Source: Lingula anatina
Lineage: Eukaryota; Animalia; Brachiopoda
NCBI GenBank assembly: GCA_051362555.1
Contig: CM120641.1
Location: forward strand, 35,904,401-35,968,400
Direction of reading: 5' to 3'
DNA: 64,000 nt
Part shown: positions 14,301 to 26,715 of the stretch, piece by piece
How positions within the stretch are numbered: position 1 is the stretch's first letter
Layout: the number at the start of each line of letters is the position of its first letter
Translations under genes and position numbers: made by a program
The notes under the pieces: model-generated
The model's input: the letters and a program-made list of their open reading frames with translations, nothing else
Told to the model about the DNA's origin: nothing
Databases searched by the model: none

Positions 14301-16373
14301 GTTTCACTGACCAGTCTGAGGCATACCATATAATAAAAGTGTAGCACCCATGTGCCTAGTCCTTTGCAGCTGTGAGGTGGAGAATCCAGAAATAGGTCAG
14401 AGCAAGTTTTGTTAGCAACAGTCTTCAATGCCTGGTCCTGAAATATTGCCTGGTAAAGGAAAGTGCTGTCAACTGAAGGCGGGCTGACTTCAGCATCTGA
14501 TGGAACCCAAGTTGGACTTCTCCATGGCTCTGATGGGATCTTTAGCATCTTTCGGTTTACAGTGTCAAACAATTGGTGGCCATCACCTTCGTTGAAGCTC
14601 CAAGCTGCATGGAGATACTGAGTAACAGAGAGAACTCCCCTCCTAAACCTGTCCAATACTTCTGCTGGTTCAAGTATTCTATGCCAGATATAGAAATTGT
14701 CAATAGTGCCAGCAAATGGTTTCAGAATTTGGTGGTATCCTCCATCAGCTGGTGGTTGCCACTGACCTAAAGTCAAAGTCCCTGGTAAGCTAAAGATACC
14801 TGGTCTAAGTTGGTACTGATGTCTGTCAACATCTCCTTCTTCAGTAAAATGATACAAATTAGTGGTCCCAGTTGAACCATCATAGGTAATAATGATCTTG
14901 TTCCATTTCTTTGGCTGGAAATGAATGGCACTTGGGTAGGATGTACTACCATCATCCAAGGTTATGTTCCAGTGATTGGCAATTGAGAATGTGGTATTTG
15001 ATGCAAAGGAAAATAGAACACCGTTATCTGTTTCACTGTTCAACCATTTTAGCTCCAGTTCAATTGTTAGTAAACCAGATAAATTAAGTCTTGATACCCA
15101 TTGGCTCGTGTAGGCAGCAGATGAGTTGAACTTGAGTGCAAAACCACCTGTTGCCTGATGCTGGTGTTCTTTGCTTTGGTACGCAATGAAGGAGTCACAA
15201 TCAGGTACTTCCCAGTTTTTCACATACTGCACAAAGGTATCATATGAGGAATTGCTGCCTGTAAGGTTTCTAAAACTGTCATTCATCACTACAGGGAAAT
15301 CTGAGAAAGGATGGTATTCCACAGGAACTGGGGATGGTCTCTGAACAGGCCAACTTGTATTGCAAACTTGCAGGTTTGCAAAAGGACCAAAGTTTGCTTC
15401 AAACAGTCCTAGTCTCTCCAATTCATTTTCTCTGTTAGTTCCAGCCAACAGGCCTGCCGTTCCTGCAACGAATCTTGATGGCATCGTTAGGTGCATATCC
15501 AGGAAAACTCCATTTGAATGTACAGTGACAGTTGTGTCATAGGGTCCTTCAATGTGGAATTCTCTGTTGGAAACTCTAGAAAGGGACACACCTCTGAAGT
15601 ACACAGTTTTGAATATCTCTGTCTGCTGGCCATTCACATACACTGTTGGATAGTCCTTGAAACTTCTTGGTGCTGCTATGGAAACTGTAGCAAATCCATT
15701 CTGTGGAGTTCCAGTCCTCAGTGCAACATGGGTCATGCATGAACTGGTGCCATAGCACTTAATAAACTTAGCTTGCAGCACAAACTGATCTTCAAAGGTT
15801 CTAAGAAGATAATGCTCCCCATAAGATGTAACTAGGTGATGAATGCCATCTAGGGTGACAATGACACCACTGGAGGCAATGAAGGCTGCAGCAGTGTTTA
15901 CAGTGTTATTAGCAATGGCCATGGTACAGTCTTCACCATACCAGCCCTGAGAGCAGACAATACAGTCAGGTGCACCTTGCCTATGTAGAGGACAACTGCA
16001 CTGACCACTGTTCACATCACAATTGCCATACCCAGCACAGGGTTTAAAAGCACCACCCGGGCATTCTGTATCACAAGACTGGTTCCAATACCCATCGGTA
16101 CACATGCACCGACTATTGTCATTCTCAGCTGCATTGCCAAAGACACATGGAATATCGCAGTTGTCCCCGATCCACATTGGGAAGTTAGCATTGTATGAAA
16201 ACTGGTTGCAAAGACTCTGGGCTGGCCATGTATTGTTGGGAATAACAAGCTGGCAGTAGTCTGCAAAAGCCACGGTGGTGTAGACTGCAGCATTCAGGTT
16301 ATCTTCAGCAATTATGTCTGCCATACATTGTTCTGCATATTTTATTTTTATAGGATTGCCGGTAGGACAGGAG
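8318..16373 (-). CDS. Exon 35 (terminal, 8056 nt): end of cassette 5, VWD-LamG cassettes 6-9, TM helix, cytoplasmic tail
   Basis: 2668-aa ORF extended to acceptor tttctag at 16374. Laminin-EGF pairs (CPGG..PC.G.G.C...G.C.C), VWD-like T.DG strands, LamG/pentraxin-like motifs (LTLGQW..F.G.ID...W..W.FNEG.G), hydrophobic [24 protein letters not shown] followed by RHHRKKR. Confidence 0.92.
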
Positions 16374-19300
16374 CTAGAAAGAGCAAATGTGTGTAAATAA
16401 ATATATTGTTATTGTTTATTGGTCAGTAAATGATACTATTTCTTGTTCCCAATACGACAACAAAAATCTGCATAAAAATCATCTTTTAATTTTGCCCGTA
16501 AAATGAAACAAGTTTATAAGCTTGTGCTGTATAAATAATATCTTACCTATTAAATGTTTGGGAAAACATGAGCTTCATACATTGTTGCTGAGCAACTTCC
16601 ACTGAAATCCCCGTTGACCTCTTCAATCTCTCAGACTGTGTTATGTAGTCTTCCACTTTCTCAGACAGGTGTGGTACAGGTGCATCTGATACCTGCCATG
16701 TTGGTTGTGATAAGGAAGTTGTAGAAAATGTCAGCTGGTGTGAGGATATAACATCTGTTGAAGTATTACCTTAAATAAAGTAATATAGACACTATGAGTA
16801 TGAGTATATAAATATGTGATTCAAAAATGTGTTTTTGTCCATCTGGATATATCATAATTAAGCCAACCTTTGCTATCTTATGCAAGTTTGAGCTACTTAT
16901 ATGTCTTAAACATTAAAGATATTAAATATTGTTCTAAGTACACACAACTATTGATCTGTGCCATAATACACACACACACACACACTCACGCACACACGCA
17001 GCCAGTATATACTCTCAACAATTCTATCATCATCTACACATTATCTAAAGACATATAGCTAAAAATATCTATTTCACCATTTACCTATTCCTTCATCAAA
17101 ATTCCAAAGGCTAACCAAATGTGGAGCACCATTTTGGTAGTTCACATTCCAATTCTGCTGTATTACTACAGTGTCAAAGTATCTGAAAATAAATAAAATA
17201 CCATTTTCTTAACAGTTTCATATAATTCTTGTGAACAACATTAGGAAATAATTTATTACTTGAATTCAAAAAATTTTGGAATATAAAAATAGGAACATCA
17301 ATATCTGTTAATTCTACATGATAATGCTAAATCAAAAATACATTATAAAAAGAGTAATTTTCAAATTCATCTTAACACTTTAAGTATAAGATGAGTAAAA
17401 TGCCATACACATACTTTCACAAACATACATTCCATGCACTGTCACTATACTGAAATCATGAAGGTTTTACTTTCAAACTGAAACTCCTAGGAGCTTATCT
17501 TACTTACCTATTCCAGACTCTAAGCTCATCAATACAGCCACGGAACCTTTCTCCTTTAGGTTGTATGCCACTGCTGTCAGCAGATGGCTGCCATTCTTCC
17601 AAAGTGAGGGTACCTCCAGATACAAATGGGTTTGACGGCAGGCTGAATCTCCTCCTGCGAGGAACACCAGTGCTGCTGAAGATGTATACGTCCAGTGATA
17701 AAGATTGCACACTCCAGACCAAGGACAGCTGGTTCCACTGGTCCTCTTCAAGCTCAACTCCTGTTCTCCAAACATAGCCATCATAGCTCAAACTAATATT
17801 TCCATCAGTTTCAAGCTGAACATAAAAACACTTGATGTAAGCATAAGACATTATGGTTCCTGAACAAGAAGGACAGCGTTTGACCAGAAGTTCTATGGTG
17901 ACATAATCTGCTCCGTCAAAGGCATCAAATTTCTGGGCTGTAACAGAGGAATCCCTAAAGCATAATGCATACCCTGCTCCTGTTGGGTCAAGCACATCTT
18001 TTATGATGCTTTCATAAGGTCTGACCATCATACTATTAACAACAGATGCCAGGTCTGCCTCGGTTGTGTGTGACCCTAAATCTAGCATGCCATTTGAGTC
18101 AGAAGCTCTGCTTCTTCTAAGAGGAAGCAATCCACAGGATTGGGTGACAGGGCGCATGGGGCAGTCAGCACATCTTCCACAGAGTCCAGACATTTCCAAG
18201 TTTGATAACAAAGAAGAGGGCATTGTTAAGTCCACATACATCCGGAATGGTGCTACACGGACAAGCATTTCAAATTCTATGTCTGCAATGCTAAATTTAT
18301 ATCTGTTGCCTTGACGTCTAATCAAAATACTGCATCCACCTCTGACACGATATGAAACTCCTCTTCTTCCAATGTTGGTTCTGTGTCCATTGATGTTTAT
18401 ATGTATACCTCGTCCAGTCCTGCTATTTTCTATGACAAAATTTTCTCTAAGATAGCGAAGAGCAACTTGCTGCATGCAAAGGCCTCTACGACCACAGTTT
18501 CCGTACTTGATCTGAAAGTAATTAATTAATTTTTAAATACCAAGTTCCAGGCATTTTTATTACCAATGTATATCATCAATTAAAATGCAAATCCAATATT
18601 TTAAGAGGTAAACATTTCACATTTTCCTATGATAAATTTGAAATGACCACATGAAAAGCAGAAGGTAAAAGCTCTGATTATCTTCACTGCTGTATATAAA
18701 CTTAAAACAGTGCAATTAGTTTTTTGGGAAAAAATGACAATACTATACCTCTACAGCCAGATTCACAGATGATGTCAATGAGAATATTCCCACTTGGTTT
18801 ATACCATAGGTATAGCCATCGTATGTAGTGAGCAAGCCATCAGGATCTGCACTACACACTGCCTCATGATCTGGTGGTAGCTGGGGCTCTGTTATGGAAC
18901 AATCAGCTCCTATCCATCCTTGACTACAAGAGTCACACTCCTTTCCTCTCCAGTTGGTCTTACAGGTGCATTTTCCATTCTGTTGGCCACATTCTCCATG
19001 GCCATTGCATGGGTTGGATGACCCTCCTGGGCAGACGTTGTCACATTTCCTTCCCCAGTAACCCTTGTGGCAAATACAGACATTAAAAAAATCAACATGA
19101 CCGAAGTTACATTCCACACTACATGTACGTCCTCCCCACAAAGGAAATGCTTGACCTAGCTGATTGCAAAGACCTTTTGCAGGCCAAATTGGAAGGTGCA
19201 GTTCCTGTTGACACCGGTGGGCAAAGTACAGAATTGAATCAAGAGCAGCTTCCAGTGTGCCATTTACTGCTGTGTTCCACAGACAAGTCTGATAAGTAAA

Positions 19301-22300
19301 ATACGCTGTTCTTGAGATTGTTTTACATTGTCCGTATAAAATTCCAGTTAAGACAAGTCTGTAACAAAATGATTTTGCTTTTTTTTCAAACTCAGGGTCC
19401 GAGAATGGTAGTTTTGATGAAAACTCTGAGGAAATGCTGTCTATGGGTACAGGGGCTGTTGAAATGACCCAGGCTGGAATCCTGAAAGTTGGTGGAGGAA
19501 TAGTAAGATGCACCTTAGCCATCTGATCATGAACTGTCCTTCCTTGTCCTTCATTAAAGTTCCAAAAGATCCCTAGATGAGCCCAATCATGTGGATGCAC
19601 ATTGATATTCCATCTATTGATCATTTCAGCTGGAGAAACCCATCTATTCCAAATCAAGCACTGGTCAATCACTCCAACAAAGTTCTGATAGGGAGCTTGT
19701 CCCACATCCACTGTTGGTATCTGCCATTTCCCTAATGCTATTGTCCCCTCAGGTGCAAAACATCCAAGTCCTATGGTATACTGTCTGTACAGAGCTTGTC
19801 GTTCATCCTTAATGTAATATATATGGAGTTGGCCAGTAACCTTGAAATAAGTGAATGCAATCTTGCTCCAGATATTTACATCTATCCTGATGTCTGTTAC
19901 AATGGTGGTGCTACCATAGACCAAGGTGACAACATAGTCCTGAACAGTGACAGCAAATGTAAGATTTTTAGTATAGGAGATCAAAGTCCCCCCAGCCTGA
20001 CCTGTGGTGTTGCCATACATGTAAAACAGGAACTCGATCGTTATGTAATTGCCATACAGCACTTGACTAGATACCTCATGAGAAACTATGCCAGAATTGT
20101 TGAAAAAGAGGGCATAAGCACCTCCCTGAATAAGGCTTAATTGTAAAGGTATTGATTCTGTATACTCAGGTGTCAAAAATAAACTCCTGGAAGTGTTAAC
20201 TCTCCACTGAACAATGCTGTGATAAAGGGTATGTTGATGGAGACTAAAATGAGTTGAAAACTGATAGAGGCCAAGCTCCTTAATGCGGCACACATCATCT
20301 GTACATTTGCTTACAGAAGCTGATGTAGAACAAGTACCACATATGCCATTAGCTGTTTGACAATTCACTGACTTCACTCTCAAGTAAACATTAAAGTAGT
20401 CGTCTATGTATTCTGCAGTGAGAATGAAACCATCAGACCCATCTATCTCGAAGTAGTTCTCATACTTTTGATGCAGGGTGTATCTGGATGTAATACCATG
20501 ATCCTTGTCCACGGTGATCAACGTCTGGTTGAGGAATATTCTTGTTAAGTGTTCATGTGATAAGGTGTCCAAAATCAGTATGGTTTCATCTACCATCATG
20601 CTAACGCCAACTATACATGATTCTCTGTTTCTGCAGTTAATTTGCTTGATCTGAATGGTCAGGTTGTTTGAGGTATCAGAGTACAGTACATAATCACCAG
20701 CATCTTGGAACATGAAAGATGATCTATCAAATGTGGCATAAAACCCATTACGGATGGAAGAACAAAAACGGTAATCAGTAGTTATTTGGTCCTGTAAAAT
20801 AAGAGAACAATCAGCGCCAAACCAGCCTGTAGTGCATGTTGTGCAGTTGTTGTCTCCCTCCCATGTAAAATCACATTCACATTTTCCATCTGTTTTACTG
20901 CATGTGCCATGATTATTGCAAGGCGCATGGGGTCCGCCAGGGCACAGTTTGTTACAGTATTTGCCCCAGAATCCTGGTGCACATGAATTGCAGCTGACAA
21001 AATCAGGACCAGGGAAGGCACACTCCTCTGTACAATTAGGGCCATACCATCTGGGAAACATATTTCTGGGAAATATGTTACATAAATGCTGTGCAGGCCA
21101 TGATGTAGCATCCAGCTCCATTTGACAATAATCCGAGAACGACATCACAGATGCAATGGCCCAATCATAATCTCCAGTATTGTAAATGTCATCAACACAT
21201 GCTAGTAGGTAGAAACTCTGTAGACTTGGGCTGAGGTACCCACAACTTCTACCAAGAAAAGATGTCTCTACAAGTTTTGTGCAATGTAATTTCACTGTTG
21301 TCTCTTCATTTGGATCAAGGTACACATGATGATATTTCCTTGGTAACATGGCTACCAGTGCACTTGAGAACTTCCACCTTGCCTTTGCCAGTGTTTTTGG
21401 ATGAGTGATGATGCCAAAGTTGTTACCAGATATTAAATCATGAACAATGTCCCCTTCCCCTTCATTAAATTTCCATAAAAAGGCCAGGCCGAGTTGCCCT
21501 ATAAGAACATTGACTTGCCATCTTGCTGAAACTTGACTGACAGTGAAAGCTCTATGCCAGACACGTAACTCATCAATCTGACCATGGAAACCCTTTACTG
21601 TAGGTATCTCTATACCCGAAGGTTGCCACTCGCCCAAAACAAGAACATCCTCTGGTGAAAAAGTAAATAGCACTGTGGCTATGTCAAATGCTCTTTGATG
21701 TAAAGTCCCAGTTGAATCAAACATGTAGAAGGACAAGATGCTAGAAGTTCTGTCTACCACAACTGCAAGTTGGTACCATTCATGATGAATTAGCACAAAC
21801 CTAGTGTCAAATGTGTGTGTTCCCAGCATGATCTTTACAGAATGGTCAAGAAAGATAACCAATCCTGATGATGTTCCACTAGACAGAATCACTCCATTTG
21901 CATAGTAAGTCTGGATAAGCAATTCAATTGTGATGTCAACAGTGTTCAAGAGAGTTCCATTGAAGAGACCAGTAGTGATAAATGTATTGTTGAATTCTAA
22001 GCAGTAACCAGCACCTGTCAAATTCCTCCCTTCTTCAAACACATTCTCATTGTACAATGCTGTGAATAAGGTTTCTGAGATTGATACTTTCCAAGACTGA
22101 CTCAGATTGATGATGTTAGTTTCGTTGTTCAAAGTTCCATATCCCTTACACTCCCCACAAGCTGCACCATCACTATCACAGAAATCACTGGCTAGAGTCA
22201 TGGTCAGCATGAAGTATTTCCTAACTACTCTTATTCTTATCTTAACATCTGAATGGACACTTGCCAGTTCATATTCAAATGTAGAATGCTGCCTGAAAAC

Positions 22301-25300
22301 CAAGTGTTGTCCTTTCTCTTCTTGGCCACTAAATGCCAATCTAGAGTTGTTTTTCCAGATAGCCAGAGAATCATTTCTTCTTTGACCAGCTCTTATGAGG
22401 AACATTTCTCCATTTAAATACACTGCCACCGCACTTGTACATGCAGCTTGTCTGAAACAATCTTCAGTTCTAATTTGAACAAAGAAGGAACTATTAGAGT
22501 TCCTGGCCAGGTAGTACTCCCCTACTTCTTTGAAATCATAGTTGAAGCCTGAGAAAGTCACGAAGTGTCCAGTTCCAAATGTGGCACACACCTTCCTCGT
22601 GATATTGGTTTCGGATGATGGAGCATACAGTTCACAGTTGGGGCCCACCCAGCCTTCAGCACATTGTGTACAGTCTGTCTCATCTCTCCAGTTGACTTCA
22701 CAGTCACAGTGACCACTGGTGGTGTTACAGGTGCCATGGCCATTGCATGGGTTGCTGGCCCCTCCTGGGCAAGTCTCTGAGCAGGTCTCACCCCAGTAGC
22801 CCTGGTCACATATGCATACTTCCTCGTCAGTGAGAGAGCCAAATTTACAGTTAGTACTGCAAGCCAATTCAGCCTCCAATTCATCAGTCACAGTTGAGTT
22901 GAGAGCCTCACAGAGGGATTCTGACGCATTGACTACAGCCTGACACTGACTGAAATAGGCTTGTACTGAAAAACTATAGGCAATTAGCAGATGAGATGCC
23001 CTCACATCTGCTATACATGTTTGGAAGAAGAAATCAAGTTTAATTGATGCACAAAGTAATGTCATCTCATTTTGTGTGGTAAGAAGTAGGCATTTTTCTT
23101 CTGCCATGGCCTCTAAGGTTCTGTTGAAATAGGAGGCTGCAACTCTTGGGGCAGGCAGTGAAGAATCTTCAGATGCATACCAAATGGGTGTTTCTTCTTT
23201 CTTTTTAGGTAATGTGAAAACACCGTTTCCCAATAGGTCAACCAACTGCTTTCCTTTTCCTTCCACAAATGTCCAAACAGCACTTGCTCCACTAATCCTC
23301 ACCCCAATATCTGTCTTGTACAGCTGACTTACTTCTGGTGCTGTGAAGCTCCGTTCCCATGCCCTGATGTAGTTGACTTGGAACTCAATAGGATCATTGG
23401 GAAGGGGGTAGGGAATCTGTCCCTGTTCTGGCAGCCATCTTCCAAGTGTAAGCACACCTCCAGGCAGAAATATGTCAATGTCAATATCCACTATCACTGT
23501 GAATACCTGCACATGTCCCAAGTTGTCAAAAAGATACAGAGTGCAGGCTCTTGTCTGTCTGACATAGGAAATGATTAGGTGGTGCCATATGCTTAAACTG
23601 ACCGACATGCTGGTGTTATATATTCTTCCATTCATATGTATTGCCAATGTATTGGACACACTGAGGGCAAATATGCTATCTTTATCATAAGCCACGATGA
23701 TGCCTCCATGTCCAGAGTCTGCGTATCTGTGCAATTTCAGACTGATTTGTATGCTGACGTCTCTGCTTGTACTAAATACATTTTCAAGTGGAGTGGTCTT
23801 GCAGCTGGTGCCATTAAAATATAGTCCATATCTGGTAGAGCTGGTTATTCTCTTGGAAACAATCCTGTCTGGGAATGTATAGATGAATCCTGTGCTCACG
23901 GACACTGCCAGTTTGAACTTAGCAGCAAATACACTATTGATGAAGGTGTTGTTAATATTTCTCATTGCAACTGCCATACCATCAGCTGATACAAAATCAT
24001 TATTTGTGTTGCCATCACAGTTTCCACACAGCCCTGAAGCACTTTCACAGAATGACGAGATCTTACTTGTAACTTCAACAGAGAACATCCCTATTCTTGA
24101 TGATAAATCAATTCTGAACATGCCTGAATATGAAACAATGACTTGGGTTTTGGATTTCTTCGCCAAGTGAACTTCACCTGCAATTTCTAGAGCCTTGTCA
24201 AATGTGGATTCTTCTCCATTGATCCAGTAACCTATTTCTGTTTGATCATCTTCACTGGCATGGAACGTAACATTGTTACTGTAGTTGTCAACTGCCACCC
24301 ACACATCTGTGACACATGTGCTATATTCACATGGGAGCTGCCTCACATGGACAGTGATATTACCTGTCTGGAACAGGACATATTCACCTGGAGTTGTCAT
24401 ATCATACATCTGCCCATCAAACATGATGAAGTGAGAGAATCCATATATCTGGCAAACTTGAGGCCCATCTCTTGGAGGTATCGTTGTTTCATAGGACTCG
24501 CATCTTTCTCCATACCACCCTTCATTACAGGTCTTGCACAAGTTGGTTGCGTTTCTACTAAGTGGACACACACACTGACCAGTACTGTTACAAGTCCCTT
24601 GACCACATGGAGATTTGCCATCTGATGGGCACATACCATCACAGTTGTTGCCAAAGTAGCCATCAAAACAATGACAGGCACCATCGGTCAAGTTTGCTTG
24701 GCCTGATATACACAGTTCATCACAGTTCTCACCTTTCCATTTTGGGAAATGTCTTGTTGGAAATGTCTTACAGAACTCCTGGGCAGGCCACACCTGTCTG
24801 TTAAGGACAAATTTACAATAGTCTGAATAGGACACCAGTATTTCCAATGCTGCCTCACTGTTTCCATAGGCCCCAATGTTGTAAATACAGGACTGGTAAA
24901 ACAAACTTATCATGCCTTCTCCCAATGCAATGCAGCTTGAATTGAATGTGGCTGTGTAAAGGAGCTGTGTGCAGAACCTTGAGGCTTGTGCTAACTTGGT
25001 ACCAGTTAGAGACACACTGTAGATACTGTAGGTTGTAAGCGAGGGGAAATGGATTTCTGCTGAAGAGATTTCCCACACTGGTTGCCTCCAAGGTTTTGTC
25101 TGCATACTCAGAGAAACCCCTGCAACAACATCAACAATTACTGTCCCATATCCCTCATCAAATCTCCACAGGTTTGCCAAAGATGGAGATTTTGCTGACA
25201 AGTACTTCCATGCACCTGCATGTATTGAAGTAAATGTCTTCACTACAGACCATATTCTCAGGTCATCTACCTTTCCCACAAAATTCCAGTTTAGGCCATA

Positions 25301-26668
25301 CACAGAAGATGAGATTCCAGTGTTCCACTGACCAACCATGAGAGACCCTCCAGGTGTAAACATTTGGCCATCACTGAAAACATACTGGGCATTTTGGACT
25401 GTGCCATCAACTGCAATAACAATCAGTTGGAGGACTTTAGTAGTTTTCTTCCAAACTAATGCAATATGATGCCAAGCTCTGATTCTGATGGAGATACTGG
25501 TATCAACTTTCACAGCTCCATTCTTATAGTCTATGCTCAGGGTGGTGCCACAGCGTAATACACTGAATACATCACTTTTCCTGTAGGAGACTAAGGTTTG
25601 ACATCCACTTGATTCCACATCTGGATAAACTTTAAATTCCATTGTCAGCTCTGCATCTGTGAATGTGTTTAGTGCTCCAGACACCACATGAGAGGCATTA
25701 AAAGCCAGGCAATGCCCTCCAGCACCTGTTGGTATAATCAAACCAGTAGCTGTCAGTAAGGAATTGGCTGCAGTAGCAAGCCATGATGGGCCATAGGTTG
25801 TATGAATAACTGCCTGGTTTAAATTGGCATCAATTATCACAGTTCCATTTGCCAGTTTGAAGTCATCACGTGGGTTATCATTACATGACCCAAGCAATCC
25901 TCTTGATGTGGCACAGATACTAGCTCTGCACTTGACATGAATATCAAGGTAGAGTCCTCTCACGTAGATGTCTATCGACAAGTCAGTGCCTTCAACTAAA
26001 AAGTGGTCTGCTGCCACCCTCTGGTACACATAGCCTGCTGCCAGAGTTATCTGTGGTGTAAAATTGATATCAAGGTTATTGAGCTGAATATGGCCAACAG
26101 GTGAGCTGGCAGTGGTTGACCCTTGGATTACGACAACATCTGATCCAATCTGAACTGCTACGGCATCCAGGGCAGTGGATACACTGTGTGATGTAGACAC
26201 AATACTTCTGCAATGCACCTTCACCCCTGTAGCATCAAAAAGCACATACTCTCCAGTTCCTTGTAGATCAAACATAGCTCCATCCATACTGATGAAGTGA
26301 CCACTTGAAAATCCTCTGCCATGGTAGAAACCGTTAGAGTCCCTGTTTGAGACACCATTAACAGCCACAGAGCAGTCTGAACCAATCCTGTTCCCCTGTG
26401 CACAGACAGCACAGTTAGATTCACTGGTGAATTTTATGTCACATATACAAGCTCCTGTGTCTTTGTCACATACACCACAGCCATTGCATGTATTGTCCAC
26501 TCCACCTGGACACAGGTATTGACAGGCTGGCCCCCAGTAACCCTTGAAACAACTGCAGAAGCCTGGGTCTGTTCCTCCAGAGATTTTTTCCTAAAATGGA
26601 TGTCAAAGTGCTGCATTCTTTGCAGATTTGTATTCTTTTAAAAAGTTCAAAACTGAAAGTTGTAAAAT

Positions 26669-26715
<47 letters not shown>

